From: Callorhinchus milii
Lineage: Eukaryota
Length of the DNA stretch: 64,000 nucleotides
Assembly (NCBI RefSeq): GCF_018977255.1
Contig: NW_024704742.1
Coordinates: 99,326,001 to 99,390,000, forward strand
Direction of reading: 5' to 3'
In this document: positions 25,958 through 39,943 of the stretch, piece by piece
Layout: each line of letters opens with the position of its first letter
Position numbering within the stretch: the first letter of the stretch is position 1
Program-made: the position numbers and the translations under genes
The notes under the pieces: generated by a model
What the model was told of the DNA's origin: nothing
Databases searched by the model: none
Seen by the model: the letters and a program-made list of their open reading frames with translations, nothing else

Positions 25958-27289
25958 TAAATCAGAAGAGACATGGTAGAGGAGAGAGGTGCACAATTAC
26001 TTATTTAATTAATTCCCTGCTTTATATCTTTTGCTTAAGATCATTGACACATTCAGTATTAAGCATGCCATGTACGCGGAGGGTAAATTCCCAGAAACAA
26101 CATGAAAAACGAACATTGTCAGAATTTATTCTACTGAGTAACAAATTATTCACTAGAGCTCTGAATGCCTCTGATGGTAAATGGATTGATTCATGTGGAA
26201 TGAAGATTCATTGCTGAAGAAGTTACCAATTTTGGTGAATATTTATTGACTTTTATGCTCTTTTTTGTTTTAAGTAAGGTACGGTAGCTTTAATCCATGC
26301 TACGCAGATTTAGCTAGTTAAACTGCTGCAGTACTCCAACACACACACTGGAATCCCCAAGCTTTGGCTTTCCCCAATTTGTACCTAATATTCTCTAGTA
26401 TTATGGTGCATCCCTCTGGCGAGAAAGTGCACAATCCATTCCAGTCAAGAACAAATTTCCATGTGTAGGTGGAACACCATTACTGTTCCCAATCATGTTT
26501 CAGTGGAGCTAAAAGGAAGAAAAGATACCGATGACACAATTTACATCCTAAGATGCAGCTCAAAATGCAACTTCAGGGGTCAAAAAATATTAAGCCCGTG
26601 AGTGCCACCAAATGTGGCATACAATTGTGGAAGAGGCCTCAGAACTATTATGCCAAAGTGGAGGAGGGAATGCTGTTCATTTCAACTGCCCGTCCTTTGG
26701 AATACATGGAAAGCGCAATGTTTCAAACAGATTCAATGTGCTAGTTATGCAATAACGACACACACATGTTCACCTTGCTGCAATTTGCATTGTAATTGAT
26801 TTTGCTGCAGTAGTTAATATTGTAGCAAGGATGGGGTGTATGTACATGCTAGACCTACATACATGATGCAGCAACTAAATGGCAGAGATAAAGATAGTGC
26901 CTAGAGAAGAAAAGATGTTTTTTGCATTTGTTTCGTGCAGCAGAGAATCAAAGAACAACTGTTCGACTTTACCAATGACTTAATGGGTAACAGCCCTAAG
27001 CCATAGAGCATACAAACTCTTTGGAATACTACTAATAATCAAAAATAGTAATAATTGTTGCATTTGGTACAGCGTCTTATAACGTCGTTGAGTCATCTCA
27101 AAGCGCTTCATAGGATATACTGTAAAGTGGAATGACTGCATTTTGTGGGCGAAACTTCAACAGTAATAGCCAGTCAATAACAGGTTAAGGAACCTAAGTC
27201 TCTCTCACTTGGTTTCTTTTGGCTACCATACCACATCCCTACCTCCTTTGTCACAATAGCCAATTAGACATAAAGTTAAATAATCCTAT

Positions 27290-27680
27290 GACGATAATTC
27301 TTACATGTGATATAGCTCCTTATATCAAATATCAGCGAGACACTTCAAAGCACCTTTACTGGAAAGTATATTGACTATGTATTTTATATGCCAACGTGGC
27401 AATGTCCATAAAGAGCCATTAATAGAATGTTACATTTTTCTTGGGTGATTGTTAGCCAGGTTAACAGAAGAAACGCCTTCCTCTTTTCCAGTAGTACCAT
27501 GCAGTGTTCGAGATGCACCAGGACCTCAATTTATGTCATATTCAAAGGCCAGCCCCTTGACAATGCAGGACATCACCAGCATTATACTACACTGTCAACC
27601 TAGATTGTGAGTTGAAAAGTAGGGGCTTGAACCCACAACCTTCTGCCCCAGAGGGGAGAGTGCTACTGACTGAGCCAGGC
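27290..27680 (-). mobile_element. Old Deu-domain SINE
   Basis: Head gcctggctcagtcagtagcactctcccctctggggcagaaggttgtgggttcaagcccc on the minus strand; degenerate body and tail. Confidence 0.75.
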
Positions 27681-28190
27681 TGATAATTAAAGTTGGATAT
27701 CTGTGTAAAGTTGCTAGGTTGCCAGCTAAGAGTAAACCAAGAGCCAAGAGTAAACCTAACAATTTCACAATGAAGAATTATGAATATACTGCATCCTTGG
27801 AAACCTCCATTACACACACACACACAAACGGTGGGGGAAGGAAATATCACATTGGTAGTTTTTCTAGCTGCTTTCCGCATGACGGAAATCTCTATTTTGT
27901 GTGAAATCTGGATTTTGGCTGAACTTCCACCAGCGCAAATTGTCCATCTTCCATCAAACTGTGCGAAGAAAAAAATCCCCAGTTCAGCCAACTATTAAGA
28001 GATTTTTCTCCACATGTAGGACTTGTTACCCCAGACAATGGGAGAAACTCCCTTCTATTTTTGAGTAGTGCCATGGGATCTTTAACATCTGTCTGAAGAG
28101 TGAAAGAGTGAGAGAACTGCCCACTCAGCCAGACTGGATTAGATGTGCAAATTTTAGCAAAGTGATAATTTTCATACTATATGTTGCATT

Positions 28191-28568
28191 TGGAGTTGTG
28201 TAACTTAGTGGTTAGAGCACTTGCCTCGCAAGCGAGAGGACCTGGGTTTGATTACTGGGCAGTTGGCCAAGTTTCCTTACTTCACAAGCCTCTGTTTACC
28301 AAGCAGTAAGTAAGAACCTGGTTGTTAATCGATTGATGGATCACTTTTCTGTGGATAATAATTCCTTCAAAAAAAAGAATAATTTGGTAATTCAAACTAC
28401 CACTATATGTGGAACAATACTGTGCGCAATTGGCTGCCGTATTTCGCCCACAAAATATACAGTCAATTCACTTTACAGTATATTCTGTGAAGCACTCTCA
28501 TCTGTCTGGAAGACATGATAAGGCTCTATATCAAATGCAAGGATTATTATTATTATTATTATTTATTA
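28191..28568 (+). mobile_element. Long-form tRNA-Ala SINE
   Basis: Head, then ccaagtttccttacttcacaagcctctgtttaccaagcagtaagtaagaacctggttgttaatcgattg (segment absent from young copies), then tail. Confidence 0.88.
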
Positions 28569-28739
28569 CCCTCCATGGTTTAAAAACACACCCAAAGACT
28601 TTCCTCCTCTATCTTGCCCTTGTGGAGAGATACATAAGCGCTGTGTTATTTCCCATCATGAAATTGAAGTTGTTCATGAGGAGCTTACTAAGAATTTCCT
28701 GATGTAAATTTGCCTAGACCATGAATAATTGACCTTGGT

Positions 28740-29440
28740 CTATCTGAAGAGAATGTTTGTGGAGGTTCAAACTTGAGCAAGAGGGAGATTTATGACTTGC
28801 TTCCTCCAGATCTGGGCAACATATCTGACAACTCTACTATCTGTGGGAGTTAAAGCTATAGCTGCCTTGAATTTGTTCGATGCAGGGTCTTAAGAAGCTT
28901 CCGTGGAAGATTACAGCTTACAGTGTCACAGAACGCACACGCACAATATGATTGGTGCATTCTCGATGCATGCTTAATGCATTATTCAAAGAAGATCAAT
29001 AGATAACAAGACACCAAAAGTTTTATGTACCTGCATGATTTATTCAGGTGCCCAGTTCCATGCAGTGACGTACAATTAGATATGAAGATCCTATATAAAC
29101 TCTGTACTCTGTATGAATACAAAGAGACCCAATTCCTGCAATATACAAGTTGTCTGTGAAGAACAGAACATGATCAAGTTGGTCATTACAAAATACCCTA
29201 GGCCAACATTGATCACTAGTCCTTCACAATTCCTGTACACTCACAATGCTGGGGTTCTTGAGGTTTCAAGGGTCCTATCAATTTGATTTTAGACACTCTC
29301 AAACAATAAGCCTCAGAGTGTATAGAACCAAATCAATAGGACCACACAATTGGTTGTAGAGGATACATTTGGAATTCATAAAGAAAACTGTAGATAGCTG
29401 TAAAAATCTGGTGATGCACTATAAAACAGCTTCAATAAAG
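28740..29440 (+). pseudogene. Decayed PIF/Harbinger (HARBI1-like DDE) transposase
   Basis: Ordered motifs by manual translation across frameshifts: LSEE..RFKL/SKREIYDLLPPDL; LSVGVKAIAALNLFDAGS*EASVED; MNTKRPNSCNIQVVCEEQNMIKLVITKYPRPT; NQINRTTQLVVEDTFGIHKENCR*L*KSGDAL. Confidence 0.85.
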
Positions 29441-31259
29441 CCTACAAAAAGAACTGGAGCTTTATAGTCTGGATTGTCAATTATCACCTGTGTTAATTAA
29501 CACATCTAGGGAAAAGGCAGAAGGCAGAGAAGTGGGACTAAACAAATAGCTCTTGCAAAGAATCAGCACAGGCATGAAAGGCCAAATGGCCTTCTTCAGT
29601 GCTGAAGATTGACCATTTTTTGTTCATATCCCACCTATTTGCCCTATCTACCACTGTGCTCAGGCTCCCATCTTGGTGAAGTGCTTTGAGACATTTCACA
29701 ATGTGAACAATCTTATATAAATGCACGTTGTCGTTGAAAACTTCCATGGTTCTATGTTCACAAGTCACAATTTTGATCCCTTTCTTTACAAAGAACCGTG
29801 GTGATCCTTGTAATACTTCCGCTTGGTCTTCATGTGCTTTCAGTAGGACTGTGTGGACAGATGCTCAGGTCATTAGACAAATTTGCCCCACTTGATGGAG
29901 TGTGCGGAAGGGGTTGTGAGTTCTGTTTCCAAACATGGGTATTACTCCTTTTACTTTCACTCATGGGAGAAGACCGTTGGACAAACAGTGAATCAACACT
30001 CAAAAGATAGATAGCATTATAACATGGTGTTGCTGAATGTATGTAGCCATATCCCTTTTTATGAATACAGCAGGTGGGAGTGAGTTATGACCATTTCTCC
30101 TACAAGTAAAAGAACATTGATAGTTCACCATCACCCAGTGCAATACTTTTATTCATTCAATGAGCTCTGTTGGACTCAACTCTGCAATCGTTCTGGAAGA
30201 TTGCACACAATGGAATCCATTGAGATCATTTTTCACATTTCTGTAATGTTGTTTTTATTTTTGCTGGTGTGGAATACTGCCATCAGGGATTCAGAAAATT
30301 GCAATGATACCAAAGAAATTACATTCTGAATTGAACAAAAGATATAGTACTGTGGTTAAAGTGGTGACTGCTCAGCCCTGCGGCAACCAACAGGTTTAAA
30401 TCTCTGGGCTTTTTGACACTAAAATCTGCAGTGAAACATGTGGTGAGTTCTTCTGTTTTCTTCTCAAAATGATTGCCCTTTAGAAACGGAGCTTGTCATC
30501 TCAACTGAGCAAAAGTGGTCCATTGTACTGGGTCCTGGCACTGAAGGTCTAGAGATAAAAATGTTGGTGCATGTGGAAGCAATTCATGTCCAAAACATTT
30601 ATGCTGGGCATTTTATCCATACATTTGGGTCAAAAACACAATATTAATATCAACATTTACACCGGATTTTTAACCCTGCTGGTATCAAGATACCACAAAT
30701 GGATGGATTTTGCCCACTCGGTCGTTATGATTCTTGAATTGAAATTAGATATTAAATTGACACAGTTAACAAACATGGAATAGGAAGCAATTATGCTCTG
30801 AGCAGTCTAATGCTGCCTGGTTTACCTTTCACAAGTCCAGAGGCACTATAATACCCAAAACACTGATGCAACTGAAATCAGTTAACACAACACAAACCAG
30901 AAATTAACCTGTAATCTTCTGATCCATACAGTTAGGTTCTACTTATGCAATGGCTTTAGAAAGAGAGAACTTGTATTTTGTAATACTGAAATTTTCATAT
31001 TAAGACCAAAATTAAGAATTTTCTAGAATTCAATTTTAAATTGAAGGTTAAGGTTATGACTAGATGATATTTCATACCTGTGTTGTTTGTGAGTGAATAG
31101 CATTTTATTTCTTGGTTTCAATCAGGTCTAACTTCAACTATTATTATTGAATACCCTGACCTTACTGGGGTTGGTGCATTGCTGGTGGTATCTTGGGAGC
31201 AGCACCTTTGGACGTCCTCCCAACATGAAAGGGGCTATACAAATGTAATCTTGTTGTTG

Positions 31260-31565
31260 TTGGTGGTGTCGTGCTTCGGATGAGACGTTGAACCCAGGCC
31301 CCCGTCTGCCAGCTCAAGAGGATTTTAAATATCCCATCTCACTATTTGAAAAGAGAAGGAAGCTTCTACTGGTGTACTAGCCAATAATCCTCCAGATAAA
31401 ATTATTCATTCACTTCGTGGTTGTTTGTGGACACTGTTGTGTGCAAATTGGTTGCTGCATTCACTTACAAATACACAGTCACTACACTTCACAATAAAGT
31501 CCCGTGAAACACTTTCAAATGCCTCAATGGTTTGATAAGGTGCATTATCAAATGCAAGCGTTATT
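31260..31565 (+). mobile_element. Old Deu-domain SINE (headless), immediately after an L2 tail at 31200-31262
   Basis: ttcggatgagacgttgaacccaggcccccgtctgcc...atccca...ctatttgaaaagagaagg core plus tail. Confidence 0.8.
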
Positions 31566-32224
31566 CGTCATATCACCTTAATATTAAATTGCCCTGTTAC
31601 ACAAAGAATCTATCTAATATAGGAATATTTTTTCTAGTTATTTGTATGTACAACATACACTTGTTACTATTCTAACATTTACCATCCTATATATATGCCT
31701 GTCTCATATGTACAACATTATCAGTCAGCAGGATGCAACTGAATTATTTTAACTGCAATTTAGATTCCTAAATATTTTAATCGGTGTAATTTGCAGATGG
31801 AGATATTGTAATTGATAAATGATAGAAGAGTGAGTGGAGTGAGTGATTCAACAATTTTACCATAACAGTGTGTCAGTGGGTTGATTTTTTATAGGACTTT
31901 AATTGTATTACCTATATAGATGGTTCTGTAGTGAGCCCCACATCTCTTCCAATAAAGTAGATTAATTCTTCCCCTATATCTTTTACATTGATGTTCTCTG
32001 GGAGTTTATACAGTAACAAATAACCATTGAATTGTCCTAAAGTCAGTTATGAACTCGAATGATTAACTCGAAGCTGCTAGCACTGAATTTTCTGCCAAAG
32101 CTGCAGCATTGAAAAGTAAGCTTTACCGTCTTCTATGATTGTGACTAAATGCCGTCTTAAACACAGTGCAAAATTGTAGAACCACGGAAGTGCATAGCAC
32201 AGAAGGCAATTGGGTCCATTGTGG

Positions 32225-32610
32225 GCTCATCGTCTCTGAGTTAAAAGACTGTGGGTTCAAATCCCACATCGGGACTTTGAACTCACATAGTTTAGCCGAC
32301 ACTCCAATGCAGTGCTGTGGGTGGGCTATATTATTGGCGGTGCCATCAACAACAACAATGTGTACTTATATAGTGCCCTCCACACAGGGTAGTATCTCAG
32401 AGCTCTTAACAGCCTGACTCCGAGCCGGTGAGGAGAAGGAGCCTTCAGATCAGACATTGAACCAAGGCACTGTCTGTCTATTAAAGACATGGAATGGCAC
32501 TACTCAAAAAGAGAAGGGAGTTTCTTCTGTCCTGGCCCACAATCCCCAAATAAAATTGTTGATTTGCTTCAGGGCTGTTTGTGGGACATCTGCTGTATTC
32601 AAATTGGCTC
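32225..32610 (+). mobile_element. Old Deu-domain SINE interrupted by an antisense L2-like tail (~32347-32440)
   Basis: tgtgggttcaaatcccacatcggg B box; core resumes at gccttcagatcagacattgaacc. Confidence 0.7.
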
Positions 32611-34064
32611 TTTCTATTAAATATAGTGCTGCCCCCTGTTAGCCCCCACCCCCTTTCTAGTTTTATGTATTTTGAAACATAAATATATATTGTTTGATCT
32701 ATTCTATTTTATGACCGTGGAACTTGGAGACAATGCAAAACAACTGATGGACAAGGGGAGGACACTTTTTTTCATATCAAAACACTTTCTATCTTCTGAA
32801 AAATCCTTATCGTTAGCAATGTGAAGCAGTATTTCTAAACTTCTCAATGTTTGAATAGGATCCAGACTGAATGAAAGCTGAAGATACTTGGTTGTACTAT
32901 TCCATCTATAAGAAAGGCATTTATGTGCTTTGCATCAGCTGTAATGTGAATTGTGGCATGGAATCAGAAGTGTTGCTCTATCTTTCATATCCCCAGTGCA
33001 AATAACACTTTATGGGGAAAAAAGGCTTTCCGTATCAGTACTAATACATTTGTCAAGGGAGCATGACTGCAATGCATTAGCACATTATAATTGGAACTTA
33101 TTCGGGTACAATGTAGACACCGATGATAATCTATTAGGAAACAGGTCTCATCTCCCACTAACTGATGCCTTCTTTCATTTTCTCTCCACCTGTTTGTTAT
33201 TCCCTTGCTTCCATCCCACTTTTCCTCCTTATAATGTTGAATAAATAGAAATTTTATACGGTTGATACAACAAATCCGAGTGTATCATGGGCTTAATATT
33301 CCTCTCCATCTGTCCTGTTTTATTTATTATTCCTTCATTCCCTTCCTGTCCTCCTTACTACCACAAAAGTATAAACTAATAAACCTGATGCCTGGGATGT
33401 CAGAATCATTGATTTCCACTTTCGACATTCATTTCTTTGATTTTATCCTGACACGGAAAATATCTTTACTTCTTTTTATATGCATTGACAGATTTGAATA
33501 ATTCAAGTGCAGCACCCACAAGAGACCTGCCAACTTCTGATTCCTGCTCATCTAACCATTTATATTTGACCGCCACACAGCCATGTAAGCTTCATCATGT
33601 AAAAATATAAGACACCAGTAAACTGAATATCTGGCTGATTGTTTTCTATTAATACCACATTTCCAGCTCAGTTGCAGTAACCAAAAAATATTGACGTAAC
33701 TACTTTGGAAGTGTGGCAGTGTTAAGCTTGTGTCGTTTTTAGTCCATGCCAGCACTTAAGGAAGAAGTTCGATGTGATCAATAATGGTATCACATTATTG
33801 GTGCATCAGAAATTAATTGCTTGTTAAATATTTTCATCTTCCTGTGATCTTTCAATAGATCAGAACATTAAAGCTTTATTCAAGTCCTGAGAGTGAGGAC
33901 TGCTCTCATCACATACCCACACAAAGAAAATTGTATTCTATTTAAAGTTTCAATTTAGAGCAGATGCGTATGATTCCTCTGTGGTGTGTGTGTGCGTGTA
34001 AGTGTGTGTGTGTGTATTGGGTCTGTAATGAGAGGCAGTTACTTCAGTTCTCAGTGAATCTTAC

Positions 34065-34208
34065 TTTTAGATCAAAGCTAATCCTCTTGCTGAAACAGTG
34101 GATGGCAACAATTTTAATCACCTCATCAGCACTGGACCTCTTTTTATTCCGCTGTTGTACATCGGGATCTTTAATATCAACAACCTCTGAAGAACAGGCA
34201 GCTTGCAT
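34065..34208 (-). CDS. Candidate coding first exon, 48 codons, product unknown
   Basis: ATG at 34208 with an in-frame stop just upstream; open frame MQAACSSEVVDIKDPDVQQRNKKRSSADEVIKIVAIHCFSKRISFDLK ends at a phase-0 AAA|GTAAGA donor; lies in a repeat-free block; no homologue recognised. Confidence 0.3.
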
Positions 34209-37200
34209 GTATTATTCAGAGAGAAAACAATTACGCTGTATTAGCTAGTCTTCAGCAAGAGTGTGTTGGAGCTCATCCTACTGATAGGAAACAAAAGCAT
34301 TACTCGATCTTCATGAATTTCAAATGCGAGATTGCTGCTGGCCGTCGTGGAACTGATCCGCCATCTAACCTCTCTGTGACTGGTTTCAGCCTCTGACCAA
34401 CATCTAGTTAGCAGACAGGCTGGAGCTCCCCTCTGCCATCTCTTTGCTCTGTTTCTGCTTCAACGTGCTTCATCCAAACCACTACAGTCACGTTGGTCTG
34501 GGATTTATCTTATAGCATAAATTGCCAGCACTCAGAAAAAGCACTAATTAATTCTACTGAGAAATAAAAACAATAGCCTATTCAAATGAATTACTGTATC
34601 AGTTGATGCCCATCATTTACAAGCAGTGTTATGCAGTGGGTTTAAACGGCACTTCAGAAATTCCCTATTTGTTGCAATTGTAGGCTTCAGAAAATATTGA
34701 GAGGGCAGCAAGTACCAGCAGTAACACTGAACTAAAATAAAGGCTTGCTCTGTATCGTGAACTTGCTGATGTGTGTCACTAGTTTCAGTGTAAAAGAGGG
34801 CTGCTGGCAGCTACCAGAGAGATGATGTTGTTCACACACACAAACACACACAGTCAATGACCTGAAACAAGTGACAAACTCACAAGTGTGCTCAGACAAT
34901 TAGTATTCCCAAATATGAACAAGGCACTTCGCTCTGGCCAGCGATCGTGCTTATCTGCAAGGAAAATGCAGAGAACAATGCGCCAAAACAATGGGATTGC
35001 ATTTGTACCAGAACAGGTCTTTCACTGTCTTAAAGTTCAATGATACTATTGCTTCCACAATGCACAAGTGGTACCCATCACAGTCCACCCTAGCAATCTG
35101 AGGCACATTATTGCTATGGCACGTTATTATATTTCCAAAGGCCCCAGGGGATGTGCTGTCATACACCGGTCACTCTGATAATTCCTTTGTCTGAAGAATA
35201 ATAGGTACCTGGGAATGAGTTACAAGCTGCCATTCAATCCCAGTGTACTGGTGACATCATAAAACCGCAGGAGATTAAATGTCATTGGAATCCAAAAAGT
35301 TGAGTAGCAGTCTTTAGGTCACCCTCAACTACATGTTTTTTTTATTAACACAATACAATAGAGGCTGCTTGGTATGATGGCCTGCAGGAACTTGCAATAA
35401 GATTGTCTTATAGTATTTTTTCTAACTCCTCGCTGATGAAAAAAACATTTGGATGTACAGCAAGGTCTTGCCAAACATGCAACAGAGTCTTAACGGATCT
35501 CCTAGTGCCCAGTCACATTTTCTTAATAATTGTGTTAATTTTCTTTTCTGCAGCAAAGAATTAGATTGCAATATGTAGAACAGTGGCTTTAAAGGAGATT
35601 TTAACCATAACATTTTAAAATCAATAAAATAAACGAATAATAATAAATCCTTGCATTTGATATAGCACCTTGGCACGTCGTTGACACATCTCAAAGCACT
35701 TCACATGATTTTACTGTGAAGTTTAATGACTGTGTATTTGTAGGTGAATATGGAAAAGACAGGCATTAAAAGAACACAGAATAAATGAAGGATTTTAAAT
35801 GCTATTCCACAGCATCCCTTGGGAGTTGTTCCAAAAACCTTTGAAAATCTCAGGAGATTGTGATACTGTTATCTAAGGGATGTGAAACGCAGTTTTAATG
35901 CACAAAGGTTAATTGTGGCAATTAAACTAAACAAGTTAAAATATGATGATTTCTGACCAAATGTGCTATAAAGTTGAATCTTTTTAATGCACCAAATTCT
36001 GCATCATCATAATGACAGATCAGAGATTATAAAGATTAAATCCAATGCAATTAATATTGTGCCCAAATAACAAGGCATGGGTGTATGTGGCTGCAATCTA
36101 CTTCATTACACAGGAAATCCCATTAGACAGAGATTTATTAACACACAGTGTTTTAAAAATTGCTCTGTCATGATCATATTGTTGTATTTGACTCAGGAAT
36201 ATAAAGAAGTATTATAGATCAGACTGGGGTATATCTTATATTAACCTCTAAAAAGAGTCTTTTTTTTGCTAAGATTTTATAATGGGAAATCCCTTTCCAT
36301 CTATAAGAAGGGAAATCTTGAAAACAGATGAGGAAGAAATTTGATAAAATAGGGAAAATCAATTTCTGCTCCAGCAGATGTGCTGAAGCCATCAGCCTTC
36401 CCTGATCAGTGTTCCAACAGCTGAATACACAGAAAACTGAGTGAGCATTTAATGCATAATTTAGTCCACCGCCAGTCAGCAGTTTACATAGTGCCCTTTG
36501 CATTGCACAGTCACACAGCCAGCACTGAATTGATTTCTCAGTCTTCTAGGAGACCACCAATGAGACTAAGTGCCAGTCAGTTTGGTTAATTGGGCCCCCT
36601 TTTATGTTAGCTCACTTTTACTTGTCTGAACCAGATGAAGCCAACTTGCATGGCAAAGGAGAGCATGCACTTCGGCTCTTAACCCTATGCTTGTTTGCAA
36701 ATTTCCTCCTTAATTTTTAAGCTCCCACCTCCACCTCACAAATACACATGAATGAGAGCACAGCAGGCAGATCAAAGTTAGCAAGTCAACTGGAGAGAAG
36801 CGAGCTCATAGCTTCAGCCTGCAGGCCTGTTTTAATGTCAATCTTTTATCCTTTTTCAGTGCTGTAAGCACATAGCAAGGACAGGGGAGAGAGAGAGAGA
36901 GAAATTTATGCCATGCATCAGTAAAAACCTACTCCTAGTACCATGATGTTATGAAATTAGATTGGGAAGACTTGGACTGCACTGCCTGGTGTATTTAATT
37001 CCAAATTGTAAAGCTGCATATTAATTATTCATTAGGAGAACACATTCTGAGTAAGAAACCCTCAGAGGTCATATTACATTAGCATATGCCAGCATTTTAC
37101 TGAGGGAAAAAAATTCACAGTTGGCTAAAATATTCTAATTCATTCAGCCCTCAAGGGTTCAAAAACAGCAGACAGCACGCAATTCTGCTGCATCAAGCCT

Positions 37201-38875
37201 CCAGTCTCTTTTGTCGGTTCTGATATTCAGGAATAACAGAAAAGCGTCAAAAGAATAACTAAATAGATCTTGTCTGTTGTGAACATAGTATTTGACCCCA
37301 GTGTCTTCCTTGAGAAGGCGGAAAAGTAAATAAAAACAAAATCTTGGAGGGGGTAGGGGAAGAGAAGCTTAGGATCGAATGCTGCAGCATGTTTCATTTT
37401 CTGAGCACAGTGAGTGACATTTATGCTGTATTTCAAAAGCACAGAAGGATTCAGATTAAAGGGAAGCGTCCAGTTTTGGACAGCTTACATTTAATGCACA
37501 GAGCGTTCCTCTAGTACCCATTTCCGAGTGCTGATTCGTTTTTTGTTAAGAAATCATTCCATGTACACAGCAAAAAAAAAGCCTGTGGTTTCAAAGTGAA
37601 TCCATTCTGCTTAAATGACAGCAGCTTTAAGTGCTTTGGGGAGTCAGGGAGCAGCTTTCTTGCTCCAGATAATGATGGCACAATGCCTGCTTCTACTGGA
37701 TCAAATACATGGGCAAAGTACAAATGACACCGTCTGAAGGTTTATTTATAATAAAAAAAATTGCTTCCGTTAGTGATTGAATAGAAACTAAGTTGTCTTT
37801 GTGTTAATGCCTACCTTGTACTTTGCTGGAAGGAATTAATGATCTTCATGATCACTTACTTTTAGATTCCTATATATTTGGATCATTAGCACACAGTGTG
37901 ACGTCAGTATTTGTGTGGAAGGGGAAGTATCATAATATATCCTTTTACCACTAGATCGTTGAGAGGTTGTACTTAGACACATCACCAAGGTTTGTTTGTG
38001 ACCAACAATTCCCCCCAAAAAATTTGTTCACTCGCTTTATGGTTGTTTTGCGGCATTGCTGTGAGCAAATGGATCGTCAAGCATGCTTACAGAACACACA
38101 GTGAATTCCACTTCACAGTATATTTTGTCGAGCGATTTGAGACATCCTTCCGATATGAGAGGCAGTATATCAAATGTAAGGATTATTCCTATTTAAAGCA
38201 TTGTGAAAGCATATATGGAGCTTGCTTCATCCTGTTTGGAGGTATATCGAAGAGAATACAACACTATGTTAAAGGGAGCGCATTGAGTGGATTCATGCCG
38301 TTTTTAATATTGGCACAAATGAGCAAACCATCAATAATTTAATTGTATTTTAATAGAGTGCTAGTTTATCACATGCATTGCATACATAAGCACCATTTTA
38401 GCTGTCACTGGGAATGCTTTAAATCTCCCATAGGTAGTTGAACCCTACAAAAATATGTAGAAGGTAAGGAAGAAATTATTCCGCTTAAGTATAAATTCTG
38501 TGGATGCTTATTCCCCCTTCCAATTTTCCCCCCTTTTGAAAGCACGGGATCATAGTGAGCAAATAGCCAGCTACATTTAAGCCATTTTTGCCTGTGAAAT
38601 ACACGGTCTTTACACTTTACAATAAATCTTTGAGACATCCTCCCTATGTAAAAAGTGACAATCAAATGCAAGGATTATTATTATTATATGTGAGTATAGA
38701 TACTGAGTATTCACAGGTCTTTGATTATGGGGGAAAAGAGGAAAAGGGTATGCTTCCGGGTCTATCTGTCCCAACATTGGAGGGTGAGCTTTCAGCCATT
38801 CAGCCCCAATTTCTGGAACTGCATCTTAGAGGCCCACTGACTTGCTCCCTCCCCGCCTTCAAGGCCCGGTTTCAA

Positions 38876-39240
38876 GATCATAGAATCATAGAATTATACA
38901 GCACAGAAAGAGGCCATTCGGCCCATCGTGTCTGTGCCGGCTCTTTGAAAAGAGCTATCTAAATCAGACCCACTCTCCCCACAGCCCTGCAAACTTGTTC
39001 TCCCCAAATAATTATCTACTTATTTCTAAAAAGTTATCGAATCGACTTCCACCACCCTTTCAGGCAATGCTTTCCAGATCCGAACAACTCGCTATGTGAA
39101 AGAATTTCTCTGCACCTCCCCTCTGTTTCTTTTAACAACTATTTTAAATTGGTGTCCTTGGGTTACCGAGCCACCCGCCAGTGGAAACAGTTTCTCCTTG
39201 ATCACCCTATCGAATCCCCTCATAATTTTGAAAATTTCAA
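38876..39240 (-). mobile_element. CR1-type LINE 3' end
   Basis: catagaatcatagaa terminal repeats; ggccattcggcccatcg tail; ttccagatccgaacaactcgc is antisense of a RVVRIW-type motif. Confidence 0.85.
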
Positions 39241-39929
39241 CATTTTTGTATTTGACTGTGCTTTAGGTCATCTTTCCCCTCTCAACCCTTTTTGGCTCCC
39301 ACCTCCAGCTCAGGTGCCCAGCCTGCAGTGTCAAGCTCTTTGAGACGTCCTCCTGACATGAAAGGCACTTAAATAACCTTAAATTGCATTGTATTCTATT
39401 GTATAACACACTAACCCCGATTCTGTCCTCCTCCAATTATGAACACATGTACTCTATCCAATAGTAATCACTGAAAATGAGGCATGAATACTTTGTCTGG
39501 CTTTTACTCTCACTTGTCCTGGAATGCTGAAGTCAATCGTCCCCTCTCACTCAGAACAGAAAAGGAATTTAACCTGGGACTTTTTGAGTCAATATGGTTC
39601 TATTTCACTTTGTACAGCAATTATACTGTTGAACTCCCCACCCTAACAAATACAGAGACAGGGAGAGACAAAGACAGAGACCTACACACAAACAAACACA
39701 TACTTTAAACATTTTATACTAGTGTATAATACAATACTAATAAAAACACAATGCAAAATAACAATGCTATGAGACCTTTGTTGTGTTATACAGAAAATAG
39801 CACAAATGCATGACTGAGGCAACCCATCCCCCCAAAAAAACAAATTCGATTTACAGCACTTTAAACATTTTTGGAATTGGTCTGTGTGTGCAATTATCAT
39901 TTGCAGTGAAAAGAGGTGCAAACCATGTT

Positions 39930-39943
39930 ATTGCCATGGCAAC
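39930..39943. promoter_or_regulatory. RFX X-box-like palindrome
   Basis: attgccatggcaac matches GTTGCCATGGCAAC at 13 of 14 positions, in non-repeat sequence. Confidence 0.4.

Noticed and set aside
32625..32643. CTCF-like motif agtgctgccccctgttagc
   Set aside because: Single imperfect match beside a SINE; not supportable without a matrix score or ChIP data
35050..35330. Possible second Harbinger-like remnant on the minus strand
   Set aside because: Only vague SDKG/YN-like fragments; too degenerate to call
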